Assembly (NCBI GenBank): GCA_964016885.1
Contig: OZ024744.1
Coordinates: 132,060,001-132,124,000, forward strand
Length of the DNA: 64,000 nt
Source of the DNA: Eledone cirrhosa
Taxonomy: Eukaryota
Direction: 5' to 3'
Part shown: piece after piece, positions 50,901 through 60,869 of the stretch
How positions within the stretch are numbered: position 1 is the stretch's first letter
Layout of the letters: every line of letters starts with the position of its first letter
Made by a program: the position numbers and the translations under genes
The notes under the pieces: generated by a model
What the model was told of the DNA's origin: nothing
The model's database searches: none
What the model saw: the letters and a program-made list of their open reading frames with translations, nothing else

Positions 50901-51476
50901 TTTTACGTTTTTTTGAAAAAATTAATGCTTTTACAAATCTTTTGAAATATTTACTTTCTAGTTTCAAATTTTGCAGATTAAATTTTTCTCGAAAAACCTA
51001 AAAAATCAGTTGTCGAAATCAGAAGTTAATATTTCGTAAAACGCAATTTGAAAAACTCATATTAATTTTTTTTCGAAAACTTATTATATAATCAATTTTT
51101 TTATACTTTTAGAAATATTTATATCTGATTTCAAATATTGATTTTTTTAGGTTTTTCGAAAACCCTATATAATCAATTTTTTTGTACTTTTAGAAATATC
51201 TATATCTGATTTCATGTATTGATTTTTTTATATTTTTCGAAAAAGCTTAGATAATCAATTTTTTTAGGTCTTTCGAAAACCTTATATAATCAATTTTTTT
51301 TTAGGTTTTTCGAAAAAACCTTATATAATCAATTTTTTTTAGGTTTTTTCGAAAAATCTTATATAATCAATTTTTTTACGTTTTTAGAAATATTTATATC
51401 TGATTTCAAATATTGATTTTTTTTAGATTTTTCGAAATACCTTATATAATCAATTTTTTTTAGGTTTTTCAAATTA
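47917..51476. repeat. AT-rich island 4 (long form, ~3.56 kb, four cores)
   Basis: Same left junction; cores at 48596, 49178, 49953, 50854; different right junction. Confidence 0.95.
50713..50776. other. Perfect 30-bp inverted repeat with 4-nt loop (hairpin/cruciform-capable)
   Basis: ATCAATTTTTTTTAGGTTTTTCAAATTACC-ATAA-GGTAATTTGAAAAACCTAAAAAAAATTGAT. Confidence 0.92.
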
Positions 51477-51669
51477 CCCCGACTTAACCCCGACTTAACT
51501 TAACCCCAACTTAACTTAACCCCAACTTAACTTAACCCCAACTTAACTTAACCCCAACTTGACTTAACCCCAACATAACTCACACCCAACTTAACTTACC
51601 CCCAACTTAACTTAACCCCAACTTGACTTAACCCCAACTTAACTTAACTCCAACTTAACTTAACGCCAA
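51477..51669 (-). repeat. Inverted 16-mer block fused directly to AT island 4
   Basis: TTTTTCAAATTA|CCCCGACTTAACCCC...; ends GCCAAAGTCGGAGTTAAG; lacks the GGGGTTAACCCC start. Confidence 0.93.
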
Positions 51670-53673
51670 AGTCGGAGTTAAGTTAAGTTGGGGTTAAGCT
51701 AAGTTGGGGGTAAGTTAAGTTGGGGTTAAGTTAGGGTTAAGTTAAGTTGGGTATAAGTTAAGTTGGGGTTGAGTGAAGTTGGGGTTAAGTTAAGTTGGGG
51801 TTAAGTTAAGTTAGGGTTAATTTAAGTTGGGGTTAAGTTAAGTTGGGGTTAACTTAAGTTGGGGTTAAGTTAAGTTGGGGCTAATTTAGGTTGGGGTTAA
51901 GTTAAGTTGGGGTTAAGATAAGTTGGGGTTAAGTTAAATTGAGATTAAGTTAACTTGGGTTTGAGTTAAGTTGGGGATAAGTTAAGTGGTGGTTATGTTA
52001 AGTTGGGGTTAAGTTAAGTTGGGGTTAAATTAAGTTGGGGTTAAGTTAAGTTGGGTGTAAGTTAAGTTTGGGTTGAGTGAAGTTGGGGTTAAGTTAAGTT
52101 GGGGTTAAGTAGAGTTGGGGTTAAGTTAAGTTGGGGTTAAGTTAAGTTGGTGTTAAGTTGGGGTTAAGTTAAGTTGGGGTTAAGTTAAGTTTGGGTTGAG
52201 TGAAGTTGGGGTTAAGTTAAGTTGGGGTTAAATTAAGTTGGGGTTAACTTAAGTTGGGTTTAAGTTAAGTTGCGGTTAAGTTAAGTTGGGGTTAAGTTAA
52301 GTTGGGGTTAAGTTAAGTTGGGGTTAAGTTAAGTTGGGGTTGAGTTAAGTTGGGGTTATTTTAAGTTGAGGTTATGTTAAGTTGGGGTTAATTTAAGTTG
52401 GGGTTAAGTTAAGTTGGGGTTAATTTAAGTTGGGGTTAAGTTCAGTTGGGGTTAATTTAAGTTGGGGTTAAGTTAAGTTGGGGTTAATTTAAGTTGGGTT
52501 TAAGTTAAGTTGGGGCTAAGTTAAGTTGGGTCTAATTTGAGTTGGGGTTAAGTTAAGTTGGGGTTAAGTTAAGTTGAGGTTAAATTAAGTTGGGGTTAAT
52601 TAAGTTGGGGTTAAGTTAAGTTGGGGTTAAGTTAAGTTGAGGTTAAGTTAACTTGGGGTTAAGTTAAGTTGGGGTTAAGTTAAGTTGGGGTTGAGTTAAG
52701 TTGGGGTTGAGTTAAGTTGGGGTTAAGTTAAGTTGGGGTTAAGTTAAGTTGGGGTTAAGTTAAGTTGGGGTTAATTTAAGTTCGGCTTAAGTTAAGTTCG
52801 GGGTAAGCTAAGTTGGGGTTAAGTTAAATCGGGTCTAAGTTAAGTGGGAGGTTAAGTTAAGTTGGGGTTGAGTTAAGTTGTGGTTAAGTTAACTTGGGGT
52901 TAAGTTAAGTTAAGTTTGAGTTAAGTTGGGGTTAAGTTGGGGTTAAGTTAAGTTGGGGTTAAGTTACGTTGGGGTTAAGTTAAGTTGGGGTTAAGTTGAG
53001 GTTAAGTTAAGTTGTGGTTAAGTTAAGTTGGGGCTAAGTTAAGTTGGGGATAAGTTAAGTTGGGGTTAAGTTAAGTTGGGGTTAATTTAAGTTGGGGTTA
53101 GGTTAAGTTGGGGATAAGTTAAGTTGGGGATAAGTTAAGTTGGGGTTAAGTTAAGTTGGGTTTAAGTTAAGCTGGGGTTAAGTTAAGTTGGGGTTAAATT
53201 AAGTTGGGGTTAAGTTAAGTTTGGGTTAGGTTAAGTTGGGGATAAGTTAAGTTGGGGATAAGTTAAGTTGGGGTTAAGTTAAGTTGGGTTTAATTTAAGT
53301 TGGGGTTAAGTTAAGTTGGGGTTAAGTTAAGTTGGGGTTAAGTTAAGTTGCGGTTAGTTAAGTTGAGTTTAAGTTAAGTTGGGGTTAATTTAAGTTGGGG
53401 TTAAGTTAAGTTGGGGTTCAGTTAAGTTGGGGTTAAGTCAAGTTGGGGTTAAGTTAAGTTGGGGTTAAGTTAAGTTGGGGTTAGGTTAAGTTGGGGATAA
53501 TTTAAGTTGGGGATAAGCTAAGTTGGGGTTAAGTTAAGTTGGGTTTAAGTTAAGTTGGGGTTAAGTTAAGTTGGGGTTAAATTAAGTTGGGGTTAAGTTA
53601 AGCTGGGGTTAAATTAAGTTGGGGTTATGTTAAGTTGGGGTTAAGTTAAGTTGGGGTTAGTTTAAGTGGGGTT

Positions 53674-54018
53674 AACCCCAACTTAACTTAACCCCAACTT
53701 AACTTAACCCCAACTTCACTCAACCCCAACTTAAATTAACCCCAACTTCACTCAACCCCAACTTAACTCAACCCCAACTTAAATTAACCCCAACTTAACT
53801 TAACCCTGACTTAACTTAACCCCGACTTAACTTAACCCCGACTTAACTTAACCCCAACTTAACTTAAACCCCAACTTAACTTAACCCCAACTTAACTTAA
53901 CCCCAACTTGACTTAACCCCAACTTAACTCACACCCAACTTAACTTACCCCCAACTTAACTTAACCACAACTTGACGTAAACCCAACTTAACTTAACCCC
54001 AACTTAACTTAACCCCAA
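53674..54018 (-). repeat. Inverted 16-mer block, class A
   Basis: As 13186. Confidence 0.95.
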
Positions 54019-54645
54019 AGTCGGAGTTCAGTTAAGTTGGGGTTCAGTTAAGTTAGGCTTAACTTAAGTTGGGGTTAAGTTAAGTTGGGGGTAAGTTAAG
54101 TTGGGGGTAAGTTAAGTTGGGGTTAAGTTAAGTTGGGGTTAAGTTGGGGTTAAGTTAAGTTAGGGTTAAGTTAAGTTGGGGTTGAGTTAAGTTGGGGTTA
54201 AGTTAAGTGGTGGTTATGTTAAGTTGGGGTTAAGTTAAGTTGGGGTTAAATTAAGTGGGGTTAACTTAAGTTGGGTGTAAGTTAAGTTGGGGTTGAGTGA
54301 AGTTGGGGTTAAGTTAAGTTGGGGTTAAGTTAAGTTAGGGTTAATTTAAGTTGGGGTTATGTTAAGTTGGTGTTAAGTTAAGTTGGGGTTAAGTCGAGTT
54401 GGGGTTAAGTTAAGTTGGGGTTAAGTTAAATTGGTGTTAAGTTAAGTTGGGGTTAAGTTAAGTTGGGGTTAGTTAAGTTGAGTTTAAGTTAAGTTGGGGT
54501 TAATTTAAGTTGGGGTTAAGTTAAGTTGGGGTTGAGTTAAGTTGTGGTTAAGTTAAGTTGGGGTTAGGTTAAGTTGGGGTTAAGTTAAGCTGGGGTTAAA
54601 TTAAGTTGGGGTTAAGTTAAGTTGGGGTTAGGTTAAGTTGGGGTT

Positions 54646-54915
54646 AACCCCAACTTCACTCAACCCCAACTTAACTTAACCCCAACTTCACTCAACCCCA
54701 ACTTAACTCAACCCCAACTTAACTTAACCCCAACTTAACTTAACCCTAACTTAACTTAACCCCGACTTAAACTTAACCCCGACTTAACTTAACCCCAACT
54801 AAACTTAACCCCAACTTAATTTAACCCCAACTTAACTTAATCCCAACTTGACTTAACCCCAACTTAACTCACACCCAACTTAACTTACCCCCAACTTAAC
54901 TTAACTTAACCCCAA
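54646..54915 (-). repeat. Inverted 16-mer block, class B
   Basis: As 14190, shorter. Confidence 0.95.
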
Positions 54916-57683
54916 AGTCGGAGTTAAGTTAAGTTGGGGTTAAGTTAAGTTAGGCTTAACTTAAGTTGGGGTTAAGTTAAGTTGGGGGTAAGTTAAGTTG
55001 GGGGTAAGTTAAGTTGGGGTTAAGTTAAGTTGGGGTTAAGATAAGTGGTGGTTATGTTAAGTTGAGGTTAAGTTAAGTTAGGGTTAAATTAAGTTGGGGT
55101 TAAGTTAAGTTGGGTGTAAGTTAAGTTGGGGTTGAGTGAAGTTGGGGTTAAGTTAAGTTGGGGTTAAGTAGAGTTGGGGTTAAGTTAAGTTGGGGTTAAG
55201 TTAAGTTGGTGTTAAGTTGGGGTTAAGTTAAGTTGGGGTTAAGTTGGGGTTAAGTTAAGTGGTGGTTATGTTAAGTTGGGGTTAACTTAAGTTGGGGTTA
55301 ATTTAAATTGGGGTTAAGTTAACTTTGTGGTTAAGTTAAGTTGGGGTTAAGTTAAGTTGGGGTTAAATTAAGTTGGGGTTGAGTGAAGTTGGGGTTAAGT
55401 TAAGTTGGGGTTAAGTTAAGTTGGGGTTAACTTAAGTTGGGTTTAAGTTAAGTTGCGGTTAAGTTAAGTTGGGGTTAAGTTAAGTTGGGGTTAATTTAAG
55501 TCGGGGTTAATTTAAGTTGGGGTTGAGTTAAGTTGGGGTTAATTTAAGTTGTGGTTATGTTAAGTTGGGGTTAATTTAAGTTGGGGTTAAGTTAAGTTGG
55601 GGTTAAGTTAAGTTGGGGTTAATTTAAGTTGGGATTAAGTTCAGTTGGGGTTAAATTAAGTTGGGGTTAAGTTAAGCTGGGGTTAAATTAAGTTGGGGTT
55701 AAGTTAAGTTGGGGTTAAGTTAAGTTGGGGTTAAGTTAAGTTAGGGTTAATTTAAGTTGGGGTTATGTTAAGTTGGGGTTAAGTTAAGTTGGGGTTAAGT
55801 CGAGTTGGGGTTAAGTTAAGTTGGGGTTAGTTAAGTTGAGTTTAAGTTAAGTTGGGGTTAATTTAAGTTGGGGTTAAGTTAAGTTGGGGTTCAGTTAAGT
55901 TGGGGTTAAGTTAAGTTGGGGTTAAGTTAAGTTGGTTTAAGTTAAGTTGGGGTTAGGTTAAGTTGGGGATAAGTTAAGTTGGGGATAAGGTAAGTTGGGG
56001 TTAAGTTAAGTTGGGTTTAAGTTAAGTTGGGGTTAAGTTAAGTTAGGCTTAACTTAAGTTGGGGTTAAGTTAAGTTGGGGGTAAATTAAGTTGGGGGTTA
56101 GTTAAGTTGGGGTTAAGTTAAGTTGGGGTTAAGTTAAGTGGTGGTTATGTTAAGTTGGGGTTAAGTTAAGTTGGGGTTAAATTAAGTTGGGGTTAAGTTA
56201 TGTTGGGTGTGAGTTAAGTTGGGGTTGAGTGAAGTTGGGGTTAAGTTAAGTTGGGGTTAAGTTAAGTTAGGGTTAATTTAAGTTGGGGTTATGTTAAGTT
56301 GGGGTTAAGTTAAGTTGGGGTTAAGTAGAGTTGGGGTTAAGTTAAGTTGGGGTTAAGTTAAGTTGGTGTTAAGTTGGGGTTAAGTTAAGTTGGGGTTAAG
56401 TTAAGTCGGAGTTAAGTTAAGTTGGGGTTGAGTTAAGTTGGGGTTAATTTAAGTTGAGGTTATGTTAAGTTGGGGTTAATTTAAGTTGGGGTTAATTTAA
56501 GTTGGGGTTAAGTTAAGTTGGGGTTAAGTTGAGGTTAAGTTAAGTTGTGGTTAAGTTAAGTTGGGGCTAAGTTAAGTTGGGGCTAAGTTAAGTTGGGGCT
56601 AAGTTAAGTTGGGGTTAAGTTAAGTTGGGGTTAAGTTAAGTTGGGTTTAATTTAAGTTGGGGTCAACTTAAGTTGGGGTTAAGTTGAGTTGGGGTTAAAT
56701 TAAGTTGGGGTTAATTTAAGTTGGGGCTAAGTTAAGTTGGGGCTGAGTTAAGTTGGGGTTAAGTTAAGTTGGGGTTAAGTTAAGTTGGGGTTAAGTTAAT
56801 TTTGGGTTAAGTTAAGTTGTGGTTCAGTTAAGTTGGGGTTAAGTTAAGTTTGGGTTATTTTGGGGTTAAATTAAGTTGGGGTTAAGTTAAGTTGGGGTTA
56901 AGTTAAGTTGGGGTTAAGTTAAGTTGGGGTTAATTTAAGTTGGGGTTAATTTAAGTCGGGGTTAAGTTAAGTCGGTGTTAAGTTAAGTTAGGGTTAAGTT
57001 AAGTTGGGGTTAAGTTAAGTTGGCTTTAAGTTAAGCTGGGGTTAAGTTAAGTTGGGGTTAAATTAAGTTGGGGTTAAGTTAAGTTGGGGTTAGGTTAAGT
57101 TTGGGTTAGGTTAAGTTGGGGTTAAATTAAGTTGGGGTTAAGTTAAGTTGGGGTTAAGTTAAGTTGGGGTTAGGTTAAGTTGGGGATAAGTTAAGTTGGG
57201 GATAATTTAAGTTGGGGTTAAGTTAAGTTGGGTTTAAGTTAAGCTGGGGTTAAGTTAAGTTGGGGTTAAATTAAGTTGGGGTTAAGTTAAGTTGGGGTTA
57301 AGTTAAGTTTGGGTTAGGTTAAGTTGGGGATTAGTTAAGTTGGGGATAAGTTAAGTTGGGGTTAAGTTAAGTTGGGTTTAAGTTAAGTTGTGGTTAAGTT
57401 AAGTTGGGGTTAAGTTAAGTTGGGGGTTAAGTTAAGTTGGGGTTAGTTAAGTTTAGTTTAAGTTAAGTTGGGGTTAATTTAAGTTGGGGTTAAGTTAAGT
57501 TGGGGTTAAGTTAAGTTGGGGTTAGGTTAAGTTGGGGATAAGCTAAGTTGGGGTTAAGTTAAGTTGGGTTTAAGTTAAGTTGGGGTTAAGTTAAGTTGGG
57601 GTTAAATTAAGTTGGAGATAAGTTAAGCTGGGGTTAAATTAAGTTGGGGTTAAGTTAAGTTGGGGTTAGGTTAAGTTGGGGTT

Positions 57684-57979
57684 AACCCCAACTTAACTTA
57701 ACCCCAACTTAACTTAGCCCCAACTTCACTCAACCCCAACTTAACTTAACCCCAACTTCACTCAACCCCAACTTAACTCAACCCCAACTTAAGTTAACCC
57801 CAACTTAACTTAACCCTAACTTAACTTAACCCCGACTTAACTTAACCCCGACTTAACTTAACCCCAACTTAACTTAACCCCAACTTAACTTAACCCCAAC
57901 TTAACTTAATCCCAACTTGACTTAACCCCAACTTAACTCACACCCAACTTAACTTACCCCCAACTTAACTTCACCCCAA
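57684..57979 (-). repeat. Inverted 16-mer block, class C
   Basis: Ends AAAATCGGAGTTACG. Confidence 0.95.
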
Positions 57980-60573
57980 AATCGGAGTTACGTTAAGTTG
58001 GGGTTAAGTTAAGTTAGGCTTAACTTAAGTTGGGCTTAAGTTAAGTTGGGGGTAAGTTAAGTTGGGGGTAAGTTAAGTTGGGGTTAATTTAAGTTGGGGT
58101 TAAGTTAAGTGGTGGTTATGTTAAGTTGGGGTTAATTTAAGTTGGGGTTAAATTAAGTTGGGGTTAAGTTAAGTTGGGTGTAAGTTAAGTTGGGGTTGAG
58201 TGAAGTTGGGGTTAAGTTAAGTTGGGGTTAAGTAGAGTTGGGGTTAAGTTAAGTTGGGGTTAAGTTAAGTTGGTGTTAAGTTGGGGTTAAGTTGGGGTTA
58301 AGTTAAGTGGTGGTTATGTTAAGTTGGGGTTAACTTAAGTTGGGGTTAATTTAAATTGGGGTTAAGTTAACTTTGTGGTTAAGTTAAGTTGGGGTTAAGT
58401 TAAGTTGGGGTTAAGTTAAGTTGGGGTTGAGGGAAGTTGGGGTTAAGTTAAGTTGGGGTTAACTTAAGTTGGGTTTAAGTTAAGTTGCGGTTAAGTTAAG
58501 TTGGGGTTAAGTTAAGTTGGGGTTAAGTTAAGTCGGGGTTAAGTTAAGTTGGGGTTGAGTTAAGTTGGGGTTAATTTAAGTTGAGGTTATGTTAAGTTGG
58601 GGTTAATTTAAGTTGGGGTTAAGTTAAGTTGGGGTTAAGTTAAGTTGGGGTTAATTTATGTTGGGGTTAAGTTCAGTTGGGGTTAATTTAAGTTGGGGTT
58701 AAGTTAAGTTGGGTTTAAGTTAAGTTGGGGTTAAATTAAGTTGGGGTTAAATTAAGTTGGGGTTAAGTTAAGTTGGGGTTAGGTTAAGTTGGGGATAAGT
58801 TAAGTTGGGGATAAGCTAAGTTGGGGTTAAGTTAAGTTGGGTTTAAGTTAAGTTGGGGTTAAGTTAAGTCGGGGTTATGTTAAGTCGGTGTTAAGTTAAG
58901 TTAGGGTTAAGTTAAGTTGGGGTTAAGTTAAGTTGGGGTTGAGTTAAGTTGGGGTTGAGTTAAATTGGGGTTGAGTTAAGTTGGGGTTAAGTTAAGTTGG
59001 GGTTAAGTTAAGTGGTGGTTATGTTAAGTTGGGGTTAAGTTAAGTTGGGGTTAAATTAAGTTGGGGTTAAGTTATGTTGGGTGTAAGTTAAGTTGGGGTT
59101 GAGTGAAGTTGGGGTTAAGTTAAGTTGGGGTTAAGTTAAGTTAGGGTTAATTTAAGTTGGGGTTATGTTAAGTTGGGGTTAAGTTAAGTTGGGGTTAAGT
59201 AGAGTTGGGGTTAAGTTAAGTTGGGGTTAAGTTAAGTTGGTGTTAAGTTGGGGTTAAGTTAAGTTGGGGTTAAGTTAAGTCGGAGTTAAGTTAAGTTGGG
59301 GTTGAGTTAAGTTGGGGTTAATTTAAGTTGAGGTTATGTTAAGTTGGGGTTAATTTAAGTTGGGGTTAATTTAAGTTGGGGTTAAGTTAAGTTGGGGTTA
59401 AGTTGAGGTTAAGTTAAGTTGTGGTTAAGTTAAGTTGGGGCTAAGTTAAGTTGGGGCTAAGTTAAGTTGGGGCTAAGTTAAGTTGGGGTTAAGTTAAGTT
59501 GGGGTTAAGTTAAGTTGGGTTTAATTTAAGTTGGGGTCAACTTAAGTTGGGGTTAAGTTGAGTTGGGGTTAAATTAAGTTGGGGTTAATTTAAGTTGGGG
59601 CTGAGTTAAGTTGGGGCTGAGTTAAGTTGGGGTTAAGTTAAGTTGGGGTTAAGTTAAGTTGGGGTTAAGTTAATTTTGGGTTAAGTTAAGTTGTGGTTCA
59701 GTTAAGTTGGGGTTAAGTTAAGTTTGGGTTATTTTGGGGTTAAATTAAGTTGGGGTTAAGTTAAGTTGGGGTTAAGTTAAGTTGGGGTTAAGTTAAGTTG
59801 GGGTTAATTTAAGTTGGGGTTAATTTAAGTCGGGGTTAAGTTAAGTCGGTGTTAAGTTAAGTTAGGGTTAAGTTAAGTTGGGGTTAAGTTAAGTTGGCTT
59901 TAAGTTAAGCTGGGGTTAAGTTAAGTTGGGGTTAAATTAAGTTGGGGTTAAGTTAAGTTGGGGTTAGGTTAAGTTTGGGTTAGGTTAAGTTGGGGTTAAA
60001 TTAAGTTGGGGTTAAGTTAAGTTGGGGTTAAGTTAAGTTGGGGTTAGGTTAAGTTGGGGATAAGTTAAGTTGGGGATAATTTAAGTTGGGGTTAAGTTAA
60101 GTTGGGTTTAAGTTAAGCTGGGGTTAAGTTAAGTTGGGGTTAAATTAAGTTGGGGTTAAGTTAAGTTGGGGTTAAGTTAAGTTTGGGTTAGGTTAAGTTG
60201 GGGATTAGTTAAGTTGGGGATAAGTTAAGTTGGGGTTAAGTTAAGTTGGGTTTAAGTTAAGTTGTGGTTAAGTTAAGTTGGGGTTAAGTTAAGTTGGGGG
60301 TTAAGTTAAGTTGGGGTTAGTTAAGTTTAGTTTAAGTTAAGTTGGGGTTAATTTAAGTTGGGGTTAAGTTAAGTTGGGGTTAAGTTAAGTTGGGGTTAGG
60401 TTAAGTTGGGGATAAGTTAAGTTGGGGATAAGCTAAGTTGGGGTTAAGTTAAGTTGGGTTTAAGTTAAGTTGGGGTTAAGTTAAGTTGGGGTTAAATTAA
60501 GTTGGAGATAAGTTAAGCTGGGGTTAAATTAAGTTGGGGTTAAGTTAAGTTGGGGTTAGGTTAAGTTGGGGTT

Positions 60574-60869
60574 AACCCCAACTTAACTTAACCCCAACTT
60601 AACTTAGCCCCAACTTCACTCAACCCCAACTTAACTTAACCCCAACTTCACTCAACCCCAACTTAACTCAACCCCAACTTAAGTTAACCCCAACTTAACT
60701 TAACCCTAACTTAACTTAACCCCGACTTAACTTAACCCCGACTTAACTTAACCCCAACTTAACTTAACCCCAACTTAACTTAACCCCAACTTAACTTAAT
60801 CCCAACTTGACTTAACCCCAACTTAACTCACACCCAACTTAACTTACCCCCAACTTAACTTAACCCCAA
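60574..60869 (-). repeat. Inverted 16-mer block, class C (duplicate of 57684)
   Basis: Offset 2890 from 57684. Confidence 0.95.

Noticed and set aside
50753-51001. 82-aa ORF from the six-frame track
   Set aside because: Its TTG start lies inside the template-switch hairpin. It is F/K/N/I-rich from AT repeats, has no recognisable domain, and the nine other core copies lack this open frame.
736-60869. Inversions as sequencing fold-back artefacts
   Set aside because: Cassettes carry class-specific variants that do not mirror their immediate flanks and recur at fixed positions in the higher-order repeat. Read-level confirmation is still desirable.
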